A stretch of DNA of 64,000 bases from a virus. The stretch is from the IMG/VR virus record IMGVR_UViG_3300047476_000704, positions 32,001-96,000 of that record. One strand, 5' to 3'. The first letter of the stretch is position 1. Each line of letters begins with the position of its first letter. The position numbers were made by a program, and so were the translations under genes. The notes below the pieces were generated by a model. The model saw nothing but the letters and a program-made list of their open reading frames with translations. It was not told where the DNA came from and ran no database searches. Below are positions 43,890 through 55,100 of this stretch, piece by piece.

Positions 43890-46460
43890 TTAATTATTCT
43901 TTAAAAATTTACGCATTCCTCTTGCAATCTCTCTACCATCTATGTTTACTACCAACTCCTCTCCCATTATTGCATTTGTTAATTTTTTAACTTCTTCAAT
44001 TAATCCAACAACATCTGTACTTCCGCCAGCTGTTTGGGTTGTGGTTTGATTGGTAGTACCATTAACGGATACTCCCGCCATACCCATTGCGTTTAATCCA
44101 GTCAAAATAGGTAATGCTAAAAGACCAGCTGCTGCTACTAACCCCAACGAATACGCCAATGTTGTTAGGGCGGCCGCCATAGAATATATTGGTGTAATAT
44201 TTAATGCAGACATAGATGTTAATGTAGTTGTTATTTCTGCAAATGGTCCGTTAATAGATGATAATCCCGCCCCAAGTAGTAATAATGATGCGCCAAACAT
44301 TGCTATCGCAATAGATGCAATACCTAAAACAATTGCTCCAGGTAAAATAACTTCTGCAAGTAATCCAAATGCAGCCAATGCTAACCCAACCACTACCAAT
44401 GCCCCAGCCATTGATAAAATTTCACTTACACCAACTTCTTTAAATTGTTGTAATGCCAATCCCAATACATATATAGCACCTGCCGCTATCAATAATGCTG
44501 CCGCACCTTTAAGTATAGCAGTTGCATCTATGCTAGAAAACGCACTACTTGTAGCACCCGCAGGTGAAGTAGTAGCTGATGGTATTGTTGGCTTATTTGC
44601 ATTATATCGCATATCAGGTTTACCAGATTTCGTTAAAGGACCTGCCATACTTGTTACAGTAGATGAGCTATCTATTGTTTGTTGTATTCCTTTTGCTTTA
44701 AATAAACTTGCTATCCAATCAAAGGTCTTTTTTGTAAGGTCACCCAAATTAATTCCTATTTGGTTCAATCCCATACCAACTTGTCCAAGTGTAGAAAGAG
44801 CACCACCTAATCCACCAATCCATTTACCCATACCGGTCGTACCAATATAATCAATTAAAGCTTTTGTTGAATTAAATGATGATGTCATTGCATCAACAGG
44901 TTTTAGTGCTTCTTTTTCATTGGCAATCATTTGGGTTAATTCCGAATTTGATACACCAATTGCGGCTGCCAATGCCTTTCTTTCGTATGGTCCCATTGCT
45001 TCTAATTCAGCTAAAGTACCAGCGGAATGTAATGCTTCTTTCATAGCGCCTTGCAAATCGCCAGCATATGCTAACTCACGTGCTTTTTGTAAATTTAAAT
45101 TCTTACCAAGTATAACAGATGCCTCCATTTCAGCAGCAACTGATGATTGATAATCAAGTAAACTATCTGCAACTTTTCCAGCAGTTCCCAAATCTACACC
45201 TAATTGTGCTGCACTTATAGCGGCATCTCGTATATTTTTACCACCATCTTTTGAATATACCGCGAATAACTCCGTATTTTGCGCCATATCAGTAAATACT
45301 TGAGATGATATTACACCGCTAGCTGATGCTAGCTGTGATGTTGCTTCTAATGAATTTAAAGCAAATTCGTTTGATTTACCAGCTAAATTACCAAATTGGT
45401 TTAGTAATTTCCCAGCTTCTTGCCCACTAACACCCAAATGAGTTGGTAGCATTGATAAATCAAAAGCTAAACCATTTGATATTTTATTTACATTACCAAT
45501 TCTAGCACCAAATTCAGTTACTGCACCAACTGCCTCATCCCCTAATAATAAAGATATTGCAGTTAGTTGTGTTTTAAAACCAACTAAATTAGTAAAACCA
45601 CCACCTATTTTTGCATTTATTTTTCCAAATTCATCTGCTATATATCCTGCCGCAAATCCTATTACAGTCATTGCTCCTGTCCAACTACTTAAAAATACTT
45701 TTCCATAGTTAATCATTTTTTGGAAAAGTTTATTTCCGGTGTTTAACTCCTCATGCATTTCTTCATACAAAGCTTTAACATCACCTTGTAAATTCGCAAA
45801 TTTAGATGCTTTTTGGAATGCACTATCCAAATAAGCAGCTTGTGCTTTTAATTCAATCAAAGCTTGTTTTTGGGCTTTACCTTCTTTTGTTCTCCCATCC
45901 AACTTTTGAGCTTCTACTTCTTTAATTATACCAAGCAATTTAGTATATTCACTAGTATAATTGGAACTATATTCGGCAATTTGAGCAGAATCTTCTCTAC
46001 TTAATGCAGATAATGATGTAATTGCACTAATTGCTTGGGCTCCCGCCTCATTAGCACTTTTATATTTATCTCTTTGTACATCTGCACTTTTTGAAATTGA
46101 ATCTGTAAACCCTACTCCTAATTTTGTAACATTTCTTAAATCATCTTTCAAAGAACCCATTGCTGAACTTATTGAACCTATTGATGATTCTACATTTGAA
46201 TAATAACCAATTTGAGTTTTTAATTCATCTCTTTGTTTTTTTATAGATTCCGCATATATTTTTTGTTGGGATGTTAAATCTCCAATTTTTTTATTTAAAT
46301 CGGTTAGTTGTTTCTTTTGTTCTTTTGTTAATTTATTTTCTTCCGCAAGTAATTTAAGCTGCGTTTTTCTTGCAGTATTTATTCCTTCAATAACCTTTTT
46401 TTGTTCTTCTAAAAGATTATTTAATGAAAGAGCATCGGCATTTTCTTGATTAACAGCCAT
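43890..46460 (-). CDS. Tape measure protein
   Basis: Coiled-coil N-terminus; A/G/L-rich helical C-terminus; position in tail operon. Confidence 0.85.
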   Translation of the reverse strand: MAVNQENADALSLNNLLEEQKKVIEGINTARKTQLKLLAEENKLTKEQKKQLTDLNKKIGDLTSQQKIYAESIKKQRDELKTQIGYYSNVESSIGSISSAMGSLKDDLRNVTKLGVGFTDSISKSADVQRDKYKSANEAGAQAISAITSLSALSREDSAQIAEYSSNYTSEYTKLLGIIKEVEAQKLDGRTKEGKAQKQALIELKAQAAYLDSAFQKASKFANLQGDVKALYEEMHEELNTGNKLFQKMINYGKVFLSSWTGAMTVIGFAAGYIADEFGKINAKIGGGFTNLVGFKTQLTAISLLLGDEAVGAVTEFGARIGNVNKISNGLAFDLSMLPTHLGVSGQEAGKLLNQFGNLAGKSNEFALNSLEATSQLASASGVISSQVFTDMAQNTELFAVYSKDGGKNIRDAAISAAQLGVDLGTAGKVADSLLDYQSSVAAEMEASVILGKNLNLQKARELAYAGDLQGAMKEALHSAGTLAELEAMGPYERKALAAAIGVSNSELTQMIANEKEALKPVDAMTSSFNSTKALIDYIGTTGMGKWIGGLGGALSTLGQVGMGLNQIGINLGDLTKKTFDWIASLFKAKGIQQTIDSSSTVTSMAGPLTKSGKPDMRYNANKPTIPSATTSPAGATSSAFSSIDATAILKGAAALLIAAGAIYVLGLALQQFKEVGVSEILSMAGALVVVGLALAAFGLLAEVILPGAIVLGIASIAIAMFGASLLLLGAGLSSINGPFAEITTTLTSMSALNITPIYSMAAALTTLAYSLGLVAAAGLLALPILTGLNAMGMAGVSVNGTTNQTTTQTAGGSTDVVGLIEEVKKLTNAIMGEELVVNIDGREIARGMRKFLKNN

Positions 46461-46465
46461 TACTA

Positions 46466-46678
46466 TTATTTATGATTTTGTCTAATTTGTTTTAATAAAT
46501 CACCATACTCATCTTCAATATTTTTCATAGCTTTTATTGCTTCGGGATGCATACCAGCTTTATCAGCTGCTGCGATATAACTATCCGATACACCTTTTTG
46601 TAATGCTTTGAAAAAATTATCAACAATTTTATTTAGTAGTCCTTCTGATAATACGGCTTTATTTTCTTTTAATTTCAT
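46466..46678 (-). CDS. Hypothetical protein
   Basis: ORF with TATTTATA upstream. Confidence 0.65.
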   Translation of the reverse strand: MKLKENKAVLSEGLLNKIVDNFFKALQKGVSDSYIAAADKAGMHPEAIKAMKNIEDEYGDLLKQIRQNHK

Positions 46679-46697
46679 AATGATGTGATTTATCTTA

Positions 46698-46705
46698 TAT
46701 AAATA
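46698..46705 (-). promoter_or_regulatory. Putative late-promoter motif TATTTATA
   Basis: Upstream of the tape-measure operon. Confidence 0.6.
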
Positions 46706-46716
46706 TCCATAAACAG

Positions 46717-46742
46717 AAAAAGTTAGGATTTATCTCCTAACT
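46717..46742 (-). terminator. Intrinsic terminator
   Basis: AGTTAGGA/TCCTAACT 8-bp stem followed by a T-run. Confidence 0.6.
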
Positions 46743-46945
46743 TTACTGTTTGCTCTATCAATTTGTTCCTTCTCTTCTTTTTTAATTTTAATCAACTGAT
46801 TCACATATAATCTTCGTATATGTAGCGGTAAATTATATACATCCGAAAATGTGAATCCACCACCTCCTCCCATTATCAAAAAGAATATCTCTTCGTGAAG
46901 TTTTAGACTATAATCAATTGGCAGGGTAAAAAAAGCTAATCCCAA
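46730..46945 (-). CDS. C-terminal extension of tail assembly chaperone (probably reached by frameshift)
   Basis: Overlaps upstream ORF across TTTTTTT; only a TTG as candidate start. Confidence 0.6.
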   Translation of the reverse strand: MGLAFFTLPIDYSLKLHEEIFFLIMGGGGGFTFSDVYNLPLHIRRLYVNQLIKIKKEEKEQIDRANSKVRR

Positions 46946-47762
46946 ATGGGATGTCTAGCGCCTCCGTTTCGCCGGTAATTTCGGAAGTGAAATTATATTT
47001 AAGGTTCAAATCAGGTGAAATTGATTTAATATATTCTCTAACTGCTCTTGTATCTCTTGCTAACATATTTTTAGCAAACTTATTGATACTACCTTTATCG
47101 GTATCACCCTCTACCGATGTAATCATATATTTTAAACGTGTAGATACATCCGAAGCATTATCTTTATTTTTAGATAATCTTTCCATTGTTTGGATTTCAG
47201 CATTTATATCTTTTTCATCTTTATGAGTTAATATCTTAAATGTTATTTTCTTTTTAGATGCTGGTAATTCAAACTCATAACGATTTTCCGCATTAAGAAT
47301 TGATAAATCAATATCTTTTGTTTCAATTTCGGAAAGGTCAATTGTTACTTTTTGTTTTTCACCACTAAATGGGTCGGTAACTTCTACCTCATAATCAGGC
47401 CCATATCCTAAAATACGAGTTGCAAGAAATACTGCATTCTTATCACCAATTACTAAATCATCACAATTTACATCTGGTTGTACAATAACAGATTCAAATA
47501 ATTTATCCAACACTACACCTTTACGAATTAAATTTTGAGAAGAAAGAATATCTTCTTCCTTTGCTGTCATATATTTAATTTCCAAAGTTCCTTTACTTAA
47601 AGGATTTGATGGTGGATAACATTTACCTTCCGACGGTAATGAAATAATTTGAGTTGGAAAATCAAATGTTCTCACCGGAGTTGGTTGCGGTGTTTGTTCT
47701 GTTTGAGGTTGTGGTGCTTGAATTGGCTGTGTTCCTCTTGAAATGTTTAAATTTTCTTCCAT
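46914..47762 (-). CDS. Tail assembly chaperone / baseplate hub assembly protein (T4 gp26/gp51-like)
   Basis: LPSEGKCY, MTAKEEDIL, GDKNA...RILGYG; ends ISFFYPAN. Confidence 0.75.
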   Translation of the reverse strand: MEENLNISRGTQPIQAPQPQTEQTPQPTPVRTFDFPTQIISLPSEGKCYPPSNPLSKGTLEIKYMTAKEEDILSSQNLIRKGVVLDKLFESVIVQPDVNCDDLVIGDKNAVFLATRILGYGPDYEVEVTDPFSGEKQKVTIDLSEIETKDIDLSILNAENRYEFELPASKKKITFKILTHKDEKDINAEIQTMERLSKNKDNASDVSTRLKYMITSVEGDTDKGSINKFAKNMLARDTRAVREYIKSISPDLNLKYNFTSEITGETEALDIPFGISFFYPAN

Positions 47763-47767
47763 ATAAC

Positions 47768-47992
47768 TTATAATAAATTGTTTTTTATTCCTATTTGTTT
47801 AATACAATCGGGTCTTGAACATAGTTCATTTGGTAAATTACCACAAGAACATCTATCCTCATCTATTTTAGATGAAAATTTTTGTACACTATCCAAAAGT
47901 AATTGCTTGTTTGAGCTAGTTTGTTGCTCTTTTAGTAAATCTCTAATTTCAGTTAGTAGATTTTTGATTACTGCAAATTGTTCTAATTCCAT
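47768..47992 (-). CDS. Hypothetical protein with C-terminal Cys cluster
   Basis: Start trimmed to MELEQF. Confidence 0.55.
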   Translation of the reverse strand: MELEQFAVIKNLLTEIRDLLKEQQTSSNKQLLLDSVQKFSSKIDEDRCSCGNLPNELCSRPDCIKQIGIKNNLL

Positions 47993-48009
47993 AACATCAT
48001 TTTTGTATA

Positions 48010-48017
48010 TATAAATA
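48010..48017 (-). promoter_or_regulatory. Putative late-promoter motif TATTTATA
   Basis: Intergenic. Confidence 0.6.
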
Positions 48018-48026
48018 TACCAAAAC

Positions 48027-48057
48027 AAAAAAAGTGTGTAAAAAATTACACACTTTT
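48027..48057 (-). terminator. Intrinsic terminator after tail tube
   Basis: AAAAGTGTGTAA/TTACACACTTTT 12-bp stem followed by a T-run. Confidence 0.7.
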
Positions 48058-48080
48058 CTTAAATTACCAATTATTCACTT

Positions 48081-48569
48081 TTAGTATTCTAATACACAAT
48101 AATCCATTGATAAAGTAACCGTAATATTTACGGGGTCATTTGAACTCCAATCCATTTCACCAAATTCAGCTGCTGAAATGAATGCTCCAATCAATTTCCA
48201 CTCTTCTACTTTATCACCAACCGGTCCTAATGCGTAAATACTAATATCTTTTTTATAGAAATCCGCATAACCATCACGACCTGTAATTGATTCGTGTGAT
48301 GTTCTAATCCATTCCATAACCGCTTGTGCGCCAGATGGAACGATTGGGTCATACAATGTGATTGTTAAATCAGACCAATCAGATTTTCCTTTAATCTTAC
48401 GCTTCACGTTGATGTGGTCTAATACTACAGTTTCACTTGTATATTTTGGTCTATTAGCTGCTTTTACCATAAATGATGGGATACCACCCGCTTCCATTAC
48501 GAATCTACTAGCTAATTTGGGTTCAAAATTTTGATAAAAAACCTTATCATACCCTAATACGTCTGCCAT
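48081..48569 (-). CDS. Tail tube protein (T4 gp19-like)
   Basis: FEPK..RF, WSDLTITLYDP, WIRTSHESITGRDGYADFYKKD. Confidence 0.92.
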   Translation of the reverse strand: MADVLGYDKVFYQNFEPKLASRFVMEAGGIPSFMVKAANRPKYTSETVVLDHINVKRKIKGKSDWSDLTITLYDPIVPSGAQAVMEWIRTSHESITGRDGYADFYKKDISIYALGPVGDKVEEWKLIGAFISAAEFGEMDWSSNDPVNITVTLSMDYCVLEY

Positions 48570-48595
48570 TTTTTATATTCTCCTTATATCTTTTA

Positions 48596-48603
48596 TATAA
48601 ATA
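48596..48603 (-). promoter_or_regulatory. Putative late-promoter motif TATTTATA
   Basis: Upstream of tail tube. Confidence 0.65.
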
Positions 48604-48620
48604 TATCGTTTTTTAATTTA

Positions 48621-50903
48621 TTATGCTCCAAAAGTTGCGCCAGTTGGTAAAATATTGAAGTCAATTTGGATAAATTCAGCAGTTTTAGTAGGTTGTAAGA
48701 AAATTGCTCCTTGTAAGATGTTTCTATCAATCACATCCGGTGTGTTATTTGAATCATCCATTACCACTCTAAATGCGTATAAACCTTGTCTTTGTTGGAT
48801 ACCCTCTAAATATGGGTTTACAGTATTTAAGAATCTTCTTCTAGTTTCAGTAGTATTTTGTTCAAACACTAAATAACGAGATGTAGAAGCGATGTATTTC
48901 TTAACAGTGATTAACAATCTTCTTACATTGATTCTATCTAAAGCGGATGGTTTAGATTGTAAAGTCTTTTGTCCGAATGCTACGATACCTTGTCCTGGGA
49001 ATTGAGCGATAGGATTAACTTTTCCTTCGTATAATGTATCTCTATCAGAGTGAGTTAAACGATTTACTACACCAATTGCTCCAGTGATACCACCACGATT
49101 TAAACCGGCTGGTGCGAACCATTCTGCTGCTGAATTATCATTAGCTGCGTAAACTGCTGGCATCAATACTGATGGTGGAACTGATACTAATTTGTTTGTA
49201 TTCAAATCAATTGTCTTAATCCAAGGGTAGTAAGTTGCTGCGTAGTTAGTATCTAATGATTCTGCTACTTCAACTGCTCCAGCGATTGTACCATCTTGTG
49301 CTACTGAATCCATAATATAGAAACAATCAGTACGAGATTCACACAAATCAATACCAGCTTGTGCTACCGATGGGTGTAATGTTTGGATAACACCTGGCAT
49401 AACTACCAAATTAATATCGTATTCGTCTTGATTAGATATTGCATCCAATGCTTTTTGATATGCTACTGAACCACTTTTAGCCGAAGTTGATAAATCAAAT
49501 CCTTGTGAGTTAGTTGCTGTAATAGATGTACCCTTTGTAATTGTTATTGCCGGGCTCATACCATCAAAACCACCTTGTAATGCTATTGCGAATGTTCTTT
49601 TAGCAACGTCTGCTGCCGTAGAACCAGTTAAATCTAAACTAGCACTTACATATCCAGTACCACCGGCATCTAATGCGAAACCAGATGTAGTTGTTGCACT
49701 TGCAGGAATTGGTTTTAAGAATTGAGTGTTATCAGCTGAATATGTACCTTCATAATCAAATCCACTTACATAAGATGCAGTAGTTGCTGATTTTGTTTGG
49801 TAAGAAACATCAACTAATGAACCAGTGTATAAACCTGCCCAAATTGGGTGTGAGTAACCAGCGTTTGCGTAAGGTGCAGCTGTTACTGGAATTGTATCTG
49901 GGTTCGATGGTGTAATGTAGATATAACGAGATTTGTTAGAATAATCACCATATTCGGTAATTTTTCCATTTGCATCAGATGTTACATATCTATCACCAAT
50001 TGCTCTTGCAATATAGTTTGGAGATGTTGGGTCTAAATTTAAGTTAGAGAATGTTTCTAATACATATTTTCTCTTATCAGTATCAGAGTATTTTCTAACT
50101 TGCAATGTAAATGTTGCGTAATCAGTACCAATAACCGAACCAGCAGCTTTAACATCTGAAATTACAATCTTAAATCTTGTGTTTTCAGCGTTACCATCTG
50201 AAATTGTATTTACCTTAAACAAGTTATAACGGCTACCACCAATTAATTGTGATTGGATGTATGGAGTTGAAGCTCCAACCGCATCATCGTTAAAGTTTTG
50301 TGCTGGTAAAATTACAGCCGAAGCAGTATAGTGTGAAGTTCCCAAAATACTTTCAAATGCAGTATATGCATATGCATTTTTAGAACCTAATGCCGATGTA
50401 CCAAATACCTTTGTTACTGCGTATGGGTCTGTTGGTGTAATTGAAAATTGGTTAGAATCTCCAAATTCTCCAATTTGAGAACCACTAATAAACATAACAT
50501 CTTCTCCAGATGGAGTAAATGTAGAACCAGTAAATGATGCAGATGTATTTGAGTTTTCGGTATTGTTTAATGTATAAACTAATTTTTGAAAACCACTACC
50601 AGATGCAATTACACCAATTGGTCCTAATTCTTTATATCCACCCAATCCAGCAACTCTTACGATTGTTACTACACCAGTTTCTCTTAAATAGTTTTGTACT
50701 GCATTTTCAGTATAATAAGTGCTATCAACAACACCAAAAATATCTTCAAATTCAGATTGAGTGTTTACAATTGTAGGTTTGAATGCTGGTCCTTGTTTGA
50801 AAGGTCCGATGAAAGCTCCACCGATTGCACCAACACCCTGTGCTATAAAAGATAAATCATTCTCTCTAGTGAAAACACCAGGTGATACGATTTTTTCAGC
50901 CAT
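48621..50903 (-). CDS. Tail sheath protein (T4 gp18-like)
   Basis: SPGVFTREND; WFAPAGLNRG; GQKTL; RINVRRL; FEQN. Confidence 0.95.
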   Translation of the reverse strand: MAEKIVSPGVFTRENDLSFIAQGVGAIGGAFIGPFKQGPAFKPTIVNTQSEFEDIFGVVDSTYYTENAVQNYLRETGVVTIVRVAGLGGYKELGPIGVIASGSGFQKLVYTLNNTENSNTSASFTGSTFTPSGEDVMFISGSQIGEFGDSNQFSITPTDPYAVTKVFGTSALGSKNAYAYTAFESILGTSHYTASAVILPAQNFNDDAVGASTPYIQSQLIGGSRYNLFKVNTISDGNAENTRFKIVISDVKAAGSVIGTDYATFTLQVRKYSDTDKRKYVLETFSNLNLDPTSPNYIARAIGDRYVTSDANGKITEYGDYSNKSRYIYITPSNPDTIPVTAAPYANAGYSHPIWAGLYTGSLVDVSYQTKSATTASYVSGFDYEGTYSADNTQFLKPIPASATTTSGFALDAGGTGYVSASLDLTGSTAADVAKRTFAIALQGGFDGMSPAITITKGTSITATNSQGFDLSTSAKSGSVAYQKALDAISNQDEYDINLVVMPGVIQTLHPSVAQAGIDLCESRTDCFYIMDSVAQDGTIAGAVEVAESLDTNYAATYYPWIKTIDLNTNKLVSVPPSVLMPAVYAANDNSAAEWFAPAGLNRGGITGAIGVVNRLTHSDRDTLYEGKVNPIAQFPGQGIVAFGQKTLQSKPSALDRINVRRLLITVKKYIASTSRYLVFEQNTTETRRRFLNTVNPYLEGIQQRQGLYAFRVVMDDSNNTPDVIDRNILQGAIFLQPTKTAEFIQIDFNILPTGATFGA

Positions 50904-50940
50904 TTTTAATTTCTCCTTTTAATAATAATTTTTATCTTTA

Positions 50941-50948
50941 TATAAATA
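50941..50948 (-). promoter_or_regulatory. Putative late-promoter motif TATTTATA
   Basis: Upstream of tail sheath. Confidence 0.65.
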
Positions 50949-50978
50949 TATAAGATTGTGATGAAAAGATATATTTGT

Positions 50979-51221
50979 TTATTGCTTTGGTGTAAATTCT
51001 CCAGTATCAATATCTAAATCGCCTTTACCATATTCGGTTTCGATTTTAGTTAATAATTCTATTTCTTCTAAACCAAATTTTTGATATTGTTCTTGTAAAT
51101 ATTTTTCATCTCGTTCTATTGTGGCTTTTTGAATTGCTAATTGTCCTAATGTAATTACAATTTGATTGAAACTATCACGTAATTCAACAATTTTTGTTTT
51201 GTATTCTTCTTTAATTTGCAT
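50979..51221 (-). CDS. Small coiled-coil hypothetical protein
   Basis: Ends YGKGDLDIDTGEF. Confidence 0.7.
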   Translation of the reverse strand: MQIKEEYKTKIVELRDSFNQIVITLGQLAIQKATIERDEKYLQEQYQKFGLEEIELLTKIETEYGKGDLDIDTGEFTPKQ

Positions 51222-51245
51222 AACTTATATTGTTTATTTTATATA

Positions 51246-51253
51246 TATAAATA
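51246..51253 (-). promoter_or_regulatory. Putative late-promoter motif TATTTATA
   Basis: Intergenic. Confidence 0.6.
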
Positions 51254-51280
51254 TATGGGTTTATACTCAAACATCAAAAT

Positions 51281-52123
51281 TTAACCGATTTTTTTCTGAA
51301 TTTCTTCAATTTGCTTTTGTTGTTCTTTTATTGCTTCAATTAAAAGTGCTACTATTTTTTCATAGTGAACTGCAAGGTATCCCGAATTTCTTTCTACTAC
51401 AATTTCAGGTAAGATTTCTTGTATCTCTTGTGCTATTACCCCAATATCTTTACCTTTTTGATTGTGTACTTCATCAAATCCTTCTTTCCAATCAAATGTA
51501 TTTCCACTAATTTTATTTATTTTAGCTAACGCATCTACAATTGGTTCAATTTTTTCTTTCAATCTTCTATCAGATGAAAAATATGCGGTAATATCACCAG
51601 TTGCGGTTATTGCTCCTTGTACTGCTATACCTCCCGTAAATGTTCCTCCACCAAATGGGTTTCCAGTTGGTCCAGTTGGCCCCTGCGGTCCAGTTGAACC
51701 AGTTGGTCCTTGATTACCCTGCGGACCGTTTGGTCCAGTTCCACCTTGATTTCCTTGTGGTCCTTGGTTACCTTGCGTTCCAGTTGGTCCTTGATTACCT
51801 TGCGGTCCAGTTGGTCCAGTTCCACCCTGATTTCCTTGTGGTCCTTGAGCGCCAGATGTTCCCGATGTAGCTGCTGTATATGATGTACCATTTATACTCA
51901 AAGGACCTGTAACTGATAATGAACCAGTAACACCCATTGAACCCGTTATACTATGAGTATCATCTAATGAATTACCAAATTTGCTTGAACCTGATATAGA
52001 TGATTGTGTAACATAATATATTGAGGATGATATAATATATTGTTCAGCGGTAAGGTTTCCTTTTACCACCAAACTACCCGTTATATTTAATGAGCCAGTA
52101 AGTGAACTGCTGTGTATTTCCAT
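51281..52123 (-). CDS. Short collagen-like fibre protein with intramolecular chaperone (peptidase S74) domain
   Basis: Gly-X-Y run; SDRRLKE...GVIAQE...VHYEKIVALLIEAIKEQ. Confidence 0.85.
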   Translation of the reverse strand: MEIHSSSLTGSLNITGSLVVKGNLTAEQYIISSSIYYVTQSSISGSSKFGNSLDDTHSITGSMGVTGSLSVTGPLSINGTSYTAATSGTSGAQGPQGNQGGTGPTGPQGNQGPTGTQGNQGPQGNQGGTGPNGPQGNQGPTGSTGPQGPTGPTGNPFGGGTFTGGIAVQGAITATGDITAYFSSDRRLKEKIEPIVDALAKINKISGNTFDWKEGFDEVHNQKGKDIGVIAQEIQEILPEIVVERNSGYLAVHYEKIVALLIEAIKEQQKQIEEIQKKIG

Positions 52124-52125
52124 TA

Positions 52126-55100
52126 TTAACTATTTTTTAATTTTTCTATTTCGTTTCTTAATTCTACAATTTGAGATTGTTGTTCTTTCATTGCTTCTAT
52201 CAATACAGCAGTTAAACCTCTTTCTCTCACTGTCAAATATCCATTATCACCCATTCTCACTAATTGTGGGAATACTTGTTCTACTTCCTGTGCAATAACA
52301 CCTATATCTTTCTTAACACCCATAAAGGTTGCATGGATTGCTTTACCATTCCACTCATATTCGTATCCATTCAATCCCATTATCTTATCTAATGCCCCAA
52401 CTATTGGAGTTAGATTATCTTTTAATTGAATATCAGATGGAGTACCAAACGATGCAACATCACCACTTGCTACAATTGAACCAGAAACTTGTAATCTATC
52501 CGTATTATTATCAGATGAAACAGGTCCAATTAAAACATTAGTACCATTATCAGTAATTTGAGTTGCAACTGTAATAGTAGTTGATGATGCGTATTTAACA
52601 ACTTTATTTGTAGTACCACCAGTTATAGTAGTTCCACCGGGTCCTTGATTACCTTGCGGTCCCTGTGCCCCTTGTGCCCCACTCACACCCGATGTACCAA
52701 TTGTACCTTGCGGTCCTTGTGCACCCTGTGCTCCCGTAACACTTAAACCACTCGTACCACTTACACCGGATGTACCCGAAGTACCATTTGCGCCTGATGT
52801 ACCACTTACCCCCGATGAACCAGATGTTCCATTTGCACCACTTGCTCCTTGATTACCTTGTGGTCCTTGATTACCTTGCGGTCCGCTTGTACCCGAAGTA
52901 CCAAAGAATGTACCATCTATACCAGAAGTTCCCGATGTACCCGATACACCAGTACCTACACCGAATGTAAACATTGCATATCCAGCCTTTGCTACACTAA
53001 ATGTTATAGTTGTTTGGTTTATTGAATCTGATTTTATAGATTCAGGTATTATTACATATCCATTTTCATCATATACTTCTATCGCTGGATATAAGTTTCC
53101 TAAACTATGTGTTATTACCCAAGTTGTATTTGCTACGGATTGAGTATGTGTATATGCCGAACCATTTGTTGTACCCGATGTACCAGTTGTACCCGATGTT
53201 CCACTTGCACCTTGATTACCTTGCGGTCCTTGTGCTCCTTGTGCTCCAGTATTACCACTAGTACCAGTTGTACCCGATGTACCACCCGTACCAGATGTTC
53301 CGTTTGTACCATTTGCACCCGATGTTCCGTTTATACCACTTGTACCACTTGTACCATCTACACCAGTTGTTCCCGATGAACCCGATGTTCCAGTTGTACC
53401 CGAAGTACCACTTACACCACTTGTACCATTTATACCGGAACTACCACTTGTACCATCGGTTCCCGAAGTTCCATTATTACCAACATTACCTTGGTTACCT
53501 TGTGGTCCTTGGTTACCCTGTGTACCTTGATTACCTTGCGGTCCTTGATTACCTTGTGCTCCGCTTGTTCCACTTAAACCTTGATTACCTTGCGGTCCTT
53601 GGTTACCTTGTGAACCAGTTGTACCTTGATTTCCTTGCGGTCCTTGATTACCTTGTGTACCTTGATTTCCTTGCGGTCCTTGGTTACCTTGTGAACCCTG
53701 ATTACCTTGCGGTCCTTGATTACCTTGTGCTCCATTTGTACCATTTGAACCCTGATTACCTTGTGGGCCTTGATTTCCTTGTGTACCTTGGTTTCCTTGT
53801 GTACCTTGGTTTCCTTGCGGGCCTTGATTTCCTTGCGAACCAGTGTTACCTTGATTACCTTGTGTACCTTGATTTCCTTGCGGGCCTTGATTACCTTGCG
53901 TACCTTGAACACCTTGTGTACCTTGTACTCCCTGATTTCCCTGCGGGCCTTGATTACCTTGCGGTCCTTGTGCTCCTTGTACACCACTTGTACCAGTTGT
54001 ACCCGATGTACCACCACTACCAGATGTACCTGATGTAGAACCAAAGTATGAGTCTATTTGTTTAGCAGTTACAATTACTGATGGTGTATCAGGACGAGTT
54101 GGTGTTGTTAAACCACTATATGCTACCATTCTTGCAGTATCATCCGCAGATGAAAACGCAAATTCTACATAATCGTTTGCATTCAAATCAAAAAAGAATG
54201 AAACAAATGGTAATATTTCTGCGTTTGCCGATGCAAGTTGTACTATACTTGTACTGCCACTAACCGCTTGTCCATTTACTAATGCCCAAAAAGAAAAATC
54301 ATCTGTGTTTGAACTTGTCTTTGTTATTTGTGGTGATATAGCAAATTCATATGTTGCACTTGTAGATACTTTTAAATGAGAACCACTCTCTATAACGATA
54401 CCATTGGATTGTCCAGTAGTATTAAACGTCATAATTGTTGCTATGTTTGAACCAGAAACAATTTGAGTTTGTGTTGAACTGAACTCGCCAAATAAGTTAG
54501 TTAATACAGGTGCGTTTATACCCGATGTACCAGCCGTACCAGATGTACCGTCTATACCAGATGTTCCACTTGCTCCTTGATTACCTTGTGTACCTTGAAC
54601 ACCTTGTGTTCCTTGAACACCTTGTGTACCTTGGTTACCTTGCGGGCCTTGATTACCTTGTGGTCCAATATCTCCTTGATTACCTTGTGTACCTTGGTTA
54701 CCTTGTGTACCCTGATTTCCTTGTGGTCCTTGGTTACCCTGCGAACCCGTATTACCTTGATTTCCTTGCGTTCCTTGAACACCCTGCGTACCCTGCGTTC
54801 CTTGTGTACCTTGATTTCCCTGCGGGCCTTGGTTACCTTGTGTACCTTGATTTCCTTGCGTACCCTGATTTCCCTGTGGGCCTTGGTTACCTTGTGTACC
54901 TTGAACACCCTGTGTTCCTTGTGTTCCTTGTACACCCTGCGTCCCTTGATTACCTTGTGGTCCTTGGTTACCTTGAAAACCTTGCGTACCTTGCGGTCCT
55001 TGATTTCCTTGTGTTCCTTGTACACCCTGCGTACCTTGATTACCTTGCGGTCCTTGGTTACCTTGTGGTCCTTGGTTTCCTTGTGTACCTTGATTACCTT

